DNA from: an uncultured Spirochaetota bacterium
GTDB lineage: Bacteria > Spirochaetota > Brevinematia > Brevinematales > JAOACQ01
Length of the DNA stretch: 64,000 bases
Assembly: GCA_963768055.1 (NCBI GenBank)
Contig: CAVYGN010000001.1
Coordinates: 640,001-704,000, forward strand
Direction of reading: 5' to 3'
Shown: positions 32,432 through 42,411 of the stretch, piece by piece
Layout of the letters: each line of letters starts with the position of its first letter
Position numbering within the stretch: the stretch's first letter is position 1
Position numbers and translations under genes: made by a program
Notes under the pieces: model-generated
What the model saw: only the letters and a program-made list of their open reading frames with translations
What the model was told of the DNA's origin: nothing
Database searches by the model: none

Positions 32432-32714
32432 TGCTTTTAGTCAGGCTTTTCATCTTTTGGTCCATCTGCCTTTTAAATTCTTCATGAGATATAAAATTAT
32501 TATTCTTTATATCCTGCTCGCTTTCATTGATGATTTTTAATATAGACACAGCATTTATCAGGTTTTCATAACTGTCAGTATCAATAATAACAGCTTTTGC
32601 CAGACCGTTTTGAGTTATAAAAATTGGTCTATGATTGGAATTTATTTGTTTTAAAATATCAGCGGTATGTGATTTGATAAAAGAAATTGGTTTTACATCT
32701 TCTTTTAATTTCAT
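32424..32714 (-). CDS. Phd/YefM family antitoxin
   Basis: VKPISFIKSH...PIFITQNGLAKAV; overlaps the toxin gene. Confidence 0.9.
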   Translation of the reverse strand: MKLKEDVKPISFIKSHTADILKQINSNHRPIFITQNGLAKAVIIDTDSYENLINAVSILKIINESEQDIKNNNFISHEEFKRQMDQKMKSLTKSNG

Positions 32715-32819
32715 AAATTACTCCTTATCAGTGCATATATGGTACTAAAATAAGACCGTTTTGTCAAATAACAAGAACTGTCAGTTCTATTTTTGAGAGC
32801 GAATGATAACACTGCATTA

Positions 32820-33227
32820 TCAAGGGTTTTCGGTTTGTTCATTTTTCTTTATATCAATAAATTCAACACTCACTTTGTTTTGTTTGCCGATAAAATATTT
32901 AATTACTTTTGCTTTTTCCTGGATTTCTTTAATATTTTCTTCAAAGACTTTTTCAATTTTATCTTCGGTTTTATCATTTAATGTAGTCATTAATATATTT
33001 TTTACTTCATCATCATCCATATTAATATAATTTCTTAAGACAACTTCCTCTGAGTCGCCTGTCAGTTTTGAAACCAATTTAATATCATGCGTTTGTTGCC
33101 ATAAAAAAGTAGCGCTTGAATGTCTAATAACATAAATTGTAAGATCTTTGTCAAGGTTAAATACCTTTTTAATAGTATTCCATTTGTTTTTATAAATCCC
33201 TCTCGTTTTTGAATTAGGGTATTTCTC
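32820..33227 (-). pseudogene. Tyrosine recombinase C-terminal catalytic remnant
   Basis: Extending ORF 32820-33077 upstream in frame gives LTIYVIRHSSATFLWQQTHDIKLVSKLTGDSEEVVLRNY (box II RH to catalytic Y). Confidence 0.7.
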
Positions 33228-33230
33228 CCT

Positions 33231-33329
33231 CCGACAATCCGCTTCATTGCGGGATCAACGTATCTTTCTGCATCGTTCGTATCTTCGTATCCAGCAATCC
33301 TTGAGAAAACAGACTGTCGTAGTTGAGCT
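33231..33329 (-). pseudogene. IS1380-family transposase fragment
   Basis: AQLRQSVFSRIAGYEDTNDAERYVDPAMKRIVG, homologous to 4958-5206. Confidence 0.75.
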
Positions 33330-33362
33330 TATAGGTATAAATAATAGATCAGACATCGAAGG

Positions 33363-33399
33363 TGAATTTTGATAAATCTGAAGGATGCGATTAAAATAA
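33363..33399 (+). repeat. Cassette repeat, promoter half
   Basis: TGAATTTTGATAAATCTGAAGGATGCGATTAAAATAA; TTGATA-N17-TAAAAT. Confidence 0.75.
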
Positions 33400-33465
33400 T
33401 GGTTAGGATGGAATTAAATGAATAATAATTACCACGGAAAGGATAATTTCAAAAGGTGATTTCAA

Positions 33466-33945
33466 ATGAATTCTTACAAAAGATTATTCGGTTCAGGACC
33501 AATTTGTTTGCTGACAGGTTTCATATTATTTTTTATTGCATATTATTTGAAAATTGTATTTCATGCCCCTCAAATATTTATTGACCAGAAAATATTACGT
33601 TTAGCAATTTTTACTATACTGACCTCAATCACTATTATAATCAGCATTTGGATCTTTACATCATTAAGCCTGGAATCAAGAGGGAGAACATTGATAACAA
33701 CTGGCGCTTTCAAATACTTCCGTCATCCTTTATATGCCGCTTTTATAACATTTTTCTCTTTCGGATCGGCTATTCTATTAAATAACTGGATATTTATCTT
33801 ATGGGCTTTCCTTCTGCATTTTATTGGACATTTGCTTGTCGCAAGGGAAGAGAAGATGTTGAAAGAAATATTCCCAAATGATTATGAGGATTATTGTAAA
33901 AATACCGGAAGATTTATCCCGAGATTGATAATAAAAAGGCAGTAA
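33466..33945 (+). CDS. Isoprenylcysteine carboxyl methyltransferase family membrane protein
   Basis: LITTGAFKYFRHPLY...EEKML...YEDYCKNTGRFIP. Confidence 0.9.
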   Translation: MNSYKRLFGSGPICLLTGFILFFIAYYLKIVFHAPQIFIDQKILRLAIFTILTSITIIISIWIFTSLSLESRGRTLITTGAFKYFRHPLYAAFITFFSFGSAILLNNWIFILWAFLLHFIGHLLVAREEKMLKEIFPNDYEDYCKNTGRFIPRLIIKRQ

Positions 33946-34027
33946 GAATTATGACACAAAAGGCTTGCAGGTCCTGCATGCATTAAACCTGAATTGGGGC
34001 ATTAAATTATTTTGGACTGAAAAAATT

Positions 34028-34069
34028 AGCAAAATATATGTTGAATAATTCATTCCGGAATGGCATAAT
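34028..34069 (+). promoter_or_regulatory. Promoter module TTGAAT-N17-CATAAT with palindrome CATTCCGGAATG; second copy at 63020-63061
   Basis: About 42-bp near-identical match upstream of unrelated genes. Confidence 0.65.
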
Positions 34070-34100
34070 ATAAAAAGAGTCTATTAAAATTTGGGGAAAT

Positions 34101-34952
34101 TTGATGACTGAAAAATTCAATAGTTCTGTAAGCACAATGCTGCCTGTTAAAATGAAGCTTAATTTTGTGTATATTAACACAATTATTCTTATGGCATTAA
34201 TGATTTTTGTTTCGGTTTTTGGAATACTTAATCAAAATAAAATATATCCGGGTAAAGAATTATCAATAAATTTTATCTCGAATGATATATGCAATCTAAC
34301 TCTTGGCTTACTGATTATTGTAATTTCAATGCTTCTTACATTAAAGGGGAATCTTGCGGGGTTATTATTTTATCCGGGAGCGCTATTTTACATCACTTAT
34401 GATTATGTAAACTATCTTTTGGGATTGCCATTTAATATTTTATTTATTCCATATCTTATTCTTGTGATAGTTAGTATTTATACCATAATCGGATTGATTC
34501 TCGGAATAGATAGCGAGCAAGTATATAAAAAACTCAATGGTTATGTCCCTATAAGAACGGCAGGATCAACATTGTTTGTATTAGCCTGTTTGGTGATAAT
34601 ATTTCAGCTATATGCAATTGTAATTGCCTTAATAAAACAATCAAATATAGATCATATTATGATTGCGCAATGGATTGATGACCTTGTTATCGCATCTCCG
34701 CCATTTATTATTATTGGTTTTTTAATGATGCGCCGTAAAGCCTTAGGATTTACAGCGGGAGTTGGTTTGCTTCTTTTTTGGGGTTTATTGTGTGTCGGAG
34801 TTATTCTCATAATTATATTTAAAAGTGTTCTTACAAATACTTCGATTGACATTACAGGTTTATTAGTGGTTTTAGCATCGACTCTTATAATTCTCATACC
34901 TTTAATTTTATTTATAAGAGGTATTAATAAGGCTGTTAAAATAAAACCATAA
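34101..34952 (+). CDS. Hypothetical multi-pass membrane protein
   Basis: About 8 hydrophobic segments. Confidence 0.7.
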   Translation: MMTEKFNSSVSTMLPVKMKLNFVYINTIILMALMIFVSVFGILNQNKIYPGKELSINFISNDICNLTLGLLIIVISMLLTLKGNLAGLLFYPGALFYITYDYVNYLLGLPFNILFIPYLILVIVSIYTIIGLILGIDSEQVYKKLNGYVPIRTAGSTLFVLACLVIIFQLYAIVIALIKQSNIDHIMIAQWIDDLVIASPPFIIIGFLMMRRKALGFTAGVGLLLFWGLLCVGVILIIIFKSVLTNTSIDITGLLVVLASTLIILIPLILFIRGINKAVKIKP

Positions 34953-35058
34953 GAAATTTAACGGCTTGATTTATTGTTTCACCTTCCAATTGTATTGTCA
35001 TTCTCCACGGGATTAGAATAATACTGAGTCGGTTTATTACTTTAAGTAGGAAGAAATT

Positions 35059-35772
35059 ATGCAGGAAATAATTGAAGGCATTTTAACGGAAGAATTACCT
35101 TCTAATATTTATACTTATGGGTTTGCCGACTTGAACAATCTTTTATCAACCATTTATAAAGATTATCAATATGGAATTTCATTAATGAGAAAATTGGATG
35201 ATGAAATTATTGATGAAATTTCCGAGGGACCAACTTTAAAGTATTGGAACCATTACAAAGAAATAAATAATGAGTTGAGGGAAAAAGTTATTATAATAGC
35301 CAATCTATTAAAATCAAAAGGTATAGAAGCTATTGGGATTTCTTCGGTTGAAGATGATGAACGTGATGATAATTATGAGAAATATTTAAGGTATAGATTA
35401 TCACATAAAATGGTGGCAACTCGTGCTGGTTTTGGATGGATTGGGAAAACAGATTTATTTATTTCAAAGAAATATGGTCCAAGGATTAGATTAGCATCTA
35501 TTCTTATAAATTCAAAAGTTCAATCAAAGGATATGCCTTTAAATGAAAGTCTTTGCGGAATTTGTTCCGTTTGTGTTGATTTTTGTCCTGCAAAAGCGGC
35601 TAATGGCAAATTATGGAATATCAGTACAGATAGGGATGAGTATTTTGACGCTTTCAAATGCAGGGATAATTGCGTAAAATTAACCACAGATAAAATCGGT
35701 AAAGATGAAAGATTATGTGGAATTTGTGTGTCTTTATGTCCAAGAGGGAAATTGAATAAAGTAGTACAGTAA
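35059..35772 (+). CDS. Epoxyqueuosine reductase-like 4Fe-4S protein
   Basis: SHKMVATRAGFGWIGK, YGPRIRL, CGICSVCVDFCP, CGICVSLCP. Confidence 0.85.
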   Translation: MQEIIEGILTEELPSNIYTYGFADLNNLLSTIYKDYQYGISLMRKLDDEIIDEISEGPTLKYWNHYKEINNELREKVIIIANLLKSKGIEAIGISSVEDDERDDNYEKYLRYRLSHKMVATRAGFGWIGKTDLFISKKYGPRIRLASILINSKVQSKDMPLNESLCGICSVCVDFCPAKAANGKLWNISTDRDEYFDAFKCRDNCVKLTTDKIGKDERLCGICVSLCPRGKLNKVVQ

Positions 35773-35787
35773 AACAGATTTTATTTA

Positions 35788-35832
35788 GCTCTTCCTCTCC
35801 CTCTGCTTTGCCTGTTATAGTATGGGGATTAG
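35788..35832 (+). repeat. Short-form cassette repeat
   Basis: GCTCTTCCTCTCCCTCTGCTTTGCCTGTTATAGTATGGGGATTAG. Confidence 0.8.
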
Positions 35833-35856
35833 CCTATTAATTTGAAGGAGAGATTA

Positions 35857-37028
35857 ATGTTTTCCTTAGATTTAAAGTATGGATGTAATCCACATCAGGG
35901 AAATGCGAAACTTCTATTTAATAAAAAAGACCCACCATTAAAAGTATTAAATGGGAGCCCATCTTATATAAATATATTAGATGCCTTTTCAGCCTGGCAA
36001 ATGGTTAAAGAATTAAAGAAAACATTAAATATTGAAAGTGCGGCATCTTTTAAACACCTCAGTCCCGCAGGGGCGGCGATCGCAAAACCATTGAGTGATG
36101 AATTTAAAAAATCTCAATTTATAAATAATTTAGACTTATCGCCGATAGCCATGGCTTATTTAAGGGCTAGAGGAGGAGATAGGATGTGTTCTTTTGGTGA
36201 CGCGATATCTGTAAGTGAAGAAGTTGATATTACACTTGCAAATATTATTAAATATGAAGTATCTGATTTGATTATTGCGCCAAAATTCAATCCTAAAGCC
36301 CTGGAAATATTAAAATCCAAAAAAAATGGAGGATATTTAATTCTTGAAATTGAAAATGATTTTGAAGGTCCAGAGATTGAAACAAGAAGTATTTTTGGGT
36401 TTACGCTTGAACAAAATAGAAATTCAATATTAATTGACGATAAAATTTTTAAAAAAATCGTCACTATTAATAAAACAATAAATCAATCCGTTCTCCAAAG
36501 TCTTATATTAGCTACGATTTCATTGAAATATACGCAATCGAATTCTATTTGTGTGGCATACGACGGGCAATTAGTTGGAGTTGGAGCAGGTCAACAATCC
36601 AGAGTTCATTGTTTGAGATTAGCTTGCAATAAAGCTGACAAATGGTTTTTACAGCAGCATCCGAAAGTATTAAATTTGGATTTTAATGACAATCTCAAAA
36701 AAGTTGATAAAACGAATTGTGTCGATCAATACATTCTCTGGGATGAACTTTCAGAAAATGAGAAAATGTTGTTATTTTCAAATTTAAAAAAATGCCCGGC
36801 ACCTTTAGGTAGGGAGAGAAGGAAATATTCATTAAAAATTACAATGGAATTTGCTTATCATCGGATGCTTACTTCCCATTTAGAGATAATATTGACAGAG
36901 CAAGTAGAAGCAATATTGAGTTTATAGCGCAACCTGGCGGTTCTTTACGTGATGATGATTGTATCAAAGCTGCTGATGAATATAATATGGTTATGTTTCA
37001 TACTGGAATTCGATTATTTACGCATTAA
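35857..37028 (+). pseudogene. purH: AICAR transformylase (PurH-like, no IMP cyclohydrolase domain), frameshifted near 36815
   Basis: LKYGCNPHQ, SFKHLSPAGAA, GAGQQSRVHC; conserved SSDAYFPFRDN...QPGGS...RLFTH* lies in another frame. Confidence 0.8.
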
Positions 37029-37040
37029 ATTTAAAATTGT

Positions 37041-37080
37041 TCCTCTGCTTTGCCAGCTATGAGGAGCGGGATTAGAATAA
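37041..37080 (+). repeat. Short-form cassette repeat with intact promoter
   Basis: TCCTCTGCT-TTGCCA(37050)-N17-TAGAAT(37073). Confidence 0.8.
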
Positions 37081-37119
37081 AGGACTTTCAGGTTAAGGGT
37101 GAGATGGAGATATTTTTCC

Positions 37120-37947
37120 ATGATATTTAATTTTAGAGATGTAGAATTATATTATGAAATCTATGGTGAAGGTGTCCCAATAATAATGATCCATGGATGC
37201 AGACCGGATCATCGATTGATGAAAGGGTGCATGGAGCCAATTTTCCAATCAATAAACGGCTCTTGGAAACGTATTTATTTTGATTTGCCAGGCATGGGCA
37301 TGACAAAATCACAGCCCTGGATTATCAATTCTGATCATATGCTGGAAATAATATTAAATTTTATTGATACAATTATTCCAGGTCAACAATTTATTATAGC
37401 TGGCGAATCTTATGGTGGATATTTGGCGAGAGGTATTATTAAAAAACGGTTCTCAAATGTTGATGGTCTTCTTTTGATTTGTCCGGTAGCTGAACCTGAA
37501 CATCGAAAAAATACTCTACCATTATCTAAAGTGTTTGAAAAAGATGAATCTTTGCTAAAGAGTCTTTCAGAAGATGATAGGCGCCAATTTGAATTTATAA
37601 GTGTAATACAGAATGCTAATGTTTGGGATCGTTTTAAAAATGAAATTCTACCGGCTTTAAAAATTGCGGATACATCATTTATTGATGAAAGATTTAGTAA
37701 TAGCTTTTCTTTTAGTTTTAATGCGGATAATCTTGAAAGCCAGTACATGAAACCAGTATTAATAATAACAGGAAGGCAGGATTTTATTGTCGGTTATCAA
37801 GATATATTTAAAATTATTGAGAATTATCCAAGAGGTACTTTTGCAGTGTTGGATAAAGCCGGTCATAATTTACAAATTGAGCAAGTTTATTTGTTTAATG
37901 AGCTTGTAAAAGATTGGCTAAAAAGACTATCTGAAGAATCTGTATAA
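37120..37947 (+). CDS. Alpha/beta hydrolase
   Basis: IHG, DLPGMG, nucleophile elbow GESYGG, GRQD, AGHN. Confidence 0.9.
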   Translation: MIFNFRDVELYYEIYGEGVPIIMIHGCRPDHRLMKGCMEPIFQSINGSWKRIYFDLPGMGMTKSQPWIINSDHMLEIILNFIDTIIPGQQFIIAGESYGGYLARGIIKKRFSNVDGLLLICPVAEPEHRKNTLPLSKVFEKDESLLKSLSEDDRRQFEFISVIQNANVWDRFKNEILPALKIADTSFIDERFSNSFSFSFNADNLESQYMKPVLIITGRQDFIVGYQDIFKIIENYPRGTFAVLDKAGHNLQIEQVYLFNELVKDWLKRLSEESV

Positions 37948-37951
37948 TGAG

Positions 37952-37999
37952 GCTCTTCCGCTCCCTCTGCTTTGCCTGCTATGAGGGATGGGGATTGAG
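37952..37999 (+). repeat. Short-form cassette repeat
   Basis: GCTCTTCCGCTCCCTCTGCTTTGCCTGCTATGAGGGATGGGGATTGAG, 4 bp after a stop codon. Confidence 0.85.
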
Positions 38000-38197
38000 G
38001 ATATTTTTAGATAAATTATAGAATTTCTTAAAGCTTTTATTGTCAATCATTCTATCAATTGGCACGAAAAACCACAAAATATCGTCTGATTTCACTTGGG
38101 AAAAATTGTACTGACTTGACTTGTTTCACACATACTACATTTCCCCCTCACATCTTACGATAATTAATTCATAATAATAATAATAGGAGTTTCCAAA

Positions 38198-38554
38198 ATG
38201 GATGAAGGTAAAATATTAGAATCGGATCTGCTTGATTTAAAAACAGCTGCTAAAAGCATTGGTGTCAGTATCTTCACATTTAAGACTATGCTGCGTGATA
38301 ACAATACCCCTGTTGTAAAAAAAGGCAGAAGCATTTTTATCAAGAAATCCCGAATAGAAGAGATGTTCACTCTTTCTGAGAAACCTTACAATGAGGTTGT
38401 TAAGTCCAGAGGCAAGAAAGGGGCTAAAAAAGCTATAAAGGCTGCAGGCAAGAAAACTGTGGCAAAGAAGCCTGTCGCCAAGAAGCCTGGCGCTAAGAGA
38501 GGACCCAAGCCGAAGGTGAAGAAAGCGGAGGGGGAAGCTGAACAGACACAGTAG
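38198..38554 (+). CDS. Small DNA-binding protein: excisionase-like HTH plus Lys/Ala-rich tail
   Basis: LDLKTAAKSIGVS...KKGRSIFIKKSRIEE then AKKPVAKKPGAKRGPKPK; AAGGAG RBS. Confidence 0.65.
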   Translation: MDEGKILESDLLDLKTAAKSIGVSIFTFKTMLRDNNTPVVKKGRSIFIKKSRIEEMFTLSEKPYNEVVKSRGKKGAKKAIKAAGKKTVAKKPVAKKPGAKRGPKPKVKKAEGEAEQTQ

Positions 38555-38712
38555 GTGGAATAAGGAAATTGAATAAGCAGAAGCGCACACCTGTATTATA
38601 AGCAACTGCAAACAGGATTCCACCGGCATCTCTTCATGAAGGATATTATTGTAATTTATAAACCCGGGAAATTCAATAATTCAGCGTCGGTTACGATGCG
38701 CGTTAGATATAA

Positions 38713-39525
38713 CTAGCTGCTTGCGCTTGAATAATTTTTAACAGCCGCTTTCCACAGTATTCGTGTAATAGCAATTGCTATGACAGGCGCCGATACACCC
38801 CAGATGAAATAAATAAGATTCATCCTGCCAAGGATGAAAATAGTGGGGAAATTTGTTATTATAAAAATAGGGATGATATAAATTCCGATATTTTGAATAA
38901 TTTTATTATAAACGGACATGGGCACATTGTTAATATCCCAAAAAGAATTGAATGTTTCGCCTATGGCGCTTGTGTTGATAAACCAGAATGTCAGGATCTG
39001 CGGCAGCAAAAAGAGCGCGTAACCGATTACAACGCCGCTTGCTAAAAAAGAGGCGTAGCCGATTATGTCGATTAAGGTTAATGACAGATGCAGCCTGGAG
39101 AGGCCTATGACAACCAGAACTATACCTATGGAAACATCGATCAAAAACAATCCGAAATCCGAACGCCTCAATGTCGCCATGAATTGAAGAGATACAGGCT
39201 TGATAATATAAAAGTCCAATATGCCTTCCCGGACCAGGGTCCTCAGATTTATAAAGTTTATCATGAACAGGCCGGCGTGAAAACCGGTTAATATTATAAA
39301 TGTCCCGATAAAGACTAAAAGTTCGTTGGGAGAAAAACCGTTTATTTTCGAACCTGAACGGAAAATTACAAAGACATAGAGGAGTTTGACGCAAAGATAT
39401 CCAAGTTCCATGGCGATCCCGGTAAAAAAGTTAACACGATATTCCATTTGCGCCAATATATTATTTTTCAGGAAAAACCAGTAAACAATAATATGCTTTT
39501 TTATAATCTTAAGATAGTTCCTCAT
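38713..39525 (-). CDS. ABC-2 family transporter permease
   Basis: MEYRVNFF, VREGILDFYIIKPVS, YSSASS end. Confidence 0.85.
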   Translation of the reverse strand: MRNYLKIIKKHIIVYWFFLKNNILAQMEYRVNFFTGIAMELGYLCVKLLYVFVIFRSGSKINGFSPNELLVFIGTFIILTGFHAGLFMINFINLRTLVREGILDFYIIKPVSLQFMATLRRSDFGLFLIDVSIGIVLVVIGLSRLHLSLTLIDIIGYASFLASGVVIGYALFLLPQILTFWFINTSAIGETFNSFWDINNVPMSVYNKIIQNIGIYIIPIFIITNFPTIFILGRMNLIYFIWGVSAPVIAIAITRILWKAAVKNYSSASS

Positions 39526-39527
39526 TC

Positions 39528-40337
39528 TTAAGCACCTACAGCCACATACTTTTTGGAACCTATGCGCCAGCACAATTTGGCAAGCAATAAAAGGGTTATA
39601 ATCCAGGCAATCTGGGTAAAATATCCTTTTATCAGGGCCCACCCCGGGTCTTGAGAATTCAAAATATCCACGGGAAAGTTAATAGTGTATTTGAACGGCA
39701 TCCAATCTAATATTGATGCTACCGCGGGCCCGAAAATTTTCAATGGAAAAATACCGCCGCTTAATGCAATTATCACTATTCTTAGCGCTTCGAAAAGGAA
39801 TCCGATCTCGGTAAACCAGAAACCGAGGGTGCTTATGCAGAAAAAGATTAAAAAATTCAGGCAAAGGGACAAAATCAGCGCGATTATAAAGCCTAAAATG
39901 TTTTCAATTGTAATAATAGAACCCAGGAAGTACCTGAATAAAAAAAACGCAAAAATAAAAAGGACGATTATCATAATAAGATTCATGATCTTTTGGCCAA
40001 GAAAACAGCACAATCTGTAAGTAAAATATCCGATCGGCCGGATTATAAACTTATTGAGGCCGCCGTTTTTTATATCGTCATTTATTTCATATTCAAAATC
40101 AGTCCTGATAAAACGGGATACAAGCTGGGCAAAAACGGTATATTGGATAATCTGGGCAAAGGAATAACCGAAAATAACCGGACTGCTTGAGTTTTTGTAT
40201 ACGGATATCCAGAGAAATGTCTGGATAAAAATCGGGAATAGTGCGGAAAGAATACTTAAGAAGAAATTGGCCCTATATTCCATAGAACTTTTCATTCCAA
40301 TTAAAAATGAGTAATAGTATTTATCGAACCCTTTCAT
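39528..40337 (-). CDS. ABC-2 family transporter permease
   Basis: MEYRANFF, DIKNGGLNKFIIRP, SGGIFPL. Confidence 0.85.
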   Translation of the reverse strand: MKGFDKYYYSFLIGMKSSMEYRANFFLSILSALFPIFIQTFLWISVYKNSSSPVIFGYSFAQIIQYTVFAQLVSRFIRTDFEYEINDDIKNGGLNKFIIRPIGYFTYRLCCFLGQKIMNLIMIIVLFIFAFFLFRYFLGSIITIENILGFIIALILSLCLNFLIFFCISTLGFWFTEIGFLFEALRIVIIALSGGIFPLKIFGPAVASILDWMPFKYTINFPVDILNSQDPGWALIKGYFTQIAWIITLLLLAKLCWRIGSKKYVAVGA

Positions 40338-41317
40338 TTACTCAAACCCTTTTCAAATAATAAGGTGATCCCTTCTTCTACAGGTATATCGACAATATTA
40401 AAATCGACGACCGGCAGTTTTTTCTGCAGATGTTTTAATAAATCCAATGCTTTTTGACGGTCAATTTCGAAAGTAGCCGTTGAACCGTCATAATCTTTTA
40501 CTTTGCCCAAACCCTTTAAAACAGGCAATTCGATATATTGTGAAAATTTTAACCGGATCAATTTTTTATCGATGAACAGATCGTTTACATGCGACAGTTC
40601 GCCGTCGAATATTATTTTTCCGTTATTGATAATAATAGAGCGTTTGCACAGGTCCTCAATATCCTTCATATAATGACTCGTCAGCAGTATCGTTACTTTA
40701 TTCTGTTCATTATAGTATTTTAAAAAATCCCGTATTTTTTTCTGCGACATCAGATCCAATCCGATTGTCGGTTCGTCGAGAAATAAGATCTTTGGTTTAT
40801 GTATCAATGATGCGATAAGTTCCATCTTCATTCTTTCTCCAAGAGAAAGGCGGCGAACCTGGATATTAAGTAAATGCTTTACATCTAATAATTCCGATAG
40901 TTCGTCAAGAAACAGGGAATAAGATCTTGAATCGATCTCATAAATGCATTTATTCAGATATAAAGATTCGCTTGCGGGAAGGTCCCACCAGAGCTGATTT
41001 TTTTGGCCCATTACTATTGAGATTATTTTTTTAAATTCGTCTTTTCTTTGCCATGGAACATAATCATATATGGAAACATTTCCGTTTGTTGGATAAAGAA
41101 TACCTGATAGCATTTTCAGCGTAGTGGTTTTACCCGCCCCGTTCGGACCTATAAAACCGACAAATTCCCCTTCTTCAACATTAAAGGAGATATTATTTAC
41201 GGCATCCTTATAAAGCTTTTCGCGATGGAATAAGTTTTTAACTGAGTTTGCGAATCCGATTTTCTTCTCATAATAAGTAAATTGTTTTGATAGGGATTGA
41301 ACCTGAATTACATTCAT
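40334..41317 (-). CDS. ABC transporter ATP-binding protein
   Basis: GPNGAGKTT, LSLGERMK, LFLDEPT, TSH. Confidence 0.95.
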   Translation of the reverse strand: MNVIQVQSLSKQFTYYEKKIGFANSVKNLFHREKLYKDAVNNISFNVEEGEFVGFIGPNGAGKTTTLKMLSGILYPTNGNVSIYDYVPWQRKDEFKKIISIVMGQKNQLWWDLPASESLYLNKCIYEIDSRSYSLFLDELSELLDVKHLLNIQVRRLSLGERMKMELIASLIHKPKILFLDEPTIGLDLMSQKKIRDFLKYYNEQNKVTILLTSHYMKDIEDLCKRSIIINNGKIIFDGELSHVNDLFIDKKLIRLKFSQYIELPVLKGLGKVKDYDGSTATFEIDRQKALDLLKHLQKKLPVVDFNIVDIPVEEGITLLFEKGLSK

Positions 41318-41462
41318 TATTAAATTTCTCCGGGAAATTAATCGGAAAAGTGTCTTTAAAATTTATCGGTTGTTCTCAATATCAATGTTTATCATTATTT
41401 TATCATTTTATTACGGGCAATGGCTATCCCGATAGGGCGGCCTTGGATCAAGTGACATCATC

Positions 41463-41499
41463 GAAATTTTGATTAATCTATGGGTCGGGATTAGAATAA
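41463..41499 (+). repeat. Cassette repeat, promoter half
   Basis: GAAATTTTGATTAATCTATGGGTCGGGATTAGAATAA; TTGATT-N17-TAGAAT. Confidence 0.7.
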
Positions 41500-41548
41500 T
41501 TGTTAATTTGTTTTAAAGGTTACCCGGCCGTACTCAATAAGGGGCGAT

Positions 41549-42232
41549 ATGAAAAAAGAAGAATATTTCCGGATGGATAAAATTGACCCTGAAGAATTAT
41601 GCAGGCAGCTTAGAAAGCCTTTCGGGGAACAGGGAAAATTAGTAGGCGAAAAAATGAATGTTTCCAACAATTCAATATACGCTTTAATGTTTTCAAAAAT
41701 AGAATTCAATGATAATGATAATATTTTAGAAATCGGGTTCGGCAACGGGAAATTTTTTAAACGGTATTTTGAAAAAGCAAGAAATATAAAAGTTTCCGGG
41801 ATTGATATTTCCGATGTTATGCTGGAAGAAGCTTCCATAATAAACAAGGGATTAATTGAAAGCAACAAACTTTTTATTTATTGTGAAAGCTGTCAAAAAA
41901 TGTCTTTTCCCGATGGAAGTTTTGATAAAATCATCTCTCTTAATACCATATATTTTTGGGAACAGAGAGATGCGCAGCTGGAAGAAATAAAAAGGGTTTT
42001 AAAGAGGAATGGAAAACTTGTAATAGGGTTCAGACCTAAAAGTATAATGGAAAAACTGGCTTTTATAAACAATTCTTTTAATTTATTTGAATCTAATGAA
42101 ATAGCAAAATTATTAGAAAAACACAACTTTAAAAATATTCGGGAATTCATGCAGAATATCTCAAGGAAAACGGTAGACGGCAGCGACATCGATTCTATCG
42201 ATATCTGCATATCGGGAGAAAAACAGGAATAA
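41549..42232 (+). CDS. Class I SAM-dependent methyltransferase
   Basis: ILEIGFGNG, GIDIS, NTIYFW. Confidence 0.9.
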   Translation: MKKEEYFRMDKIDPEELCRQLRKPFGEQGKLVGEKMNVSNNSIYALMFSKIEFNDNDNILEIGFGNGKFFKRYFEKARNIKVSGIDISDVMLEEASIINKGLIESNKLFIYCESCQKMSFPDGSFDKIISLNTIYFWEQRDAQLEEIKRVLKRNGKLVIGFRPKSIMEKLAFINNSFNLFESNEIAKLLEKHNFKNIREFMQNISRKTVDGSDIDSIDICISGEKQE

Positions 42233-42411
42233 AACGGTTCTTCCAACCCTTTCTTCTTTTTATGCTTATAATCCCCGCATTTATTTTCTCGGGGCATGGA
42301 GATATCGGCTGAATAGAATTAATAACGCATACAGCGGATTTAGTGGAATCGGAATTGGCAAAAGGATCTGCAAATTAGTTGAAAAACAACCAATGAAATC
42401 AGGGGTAATTA

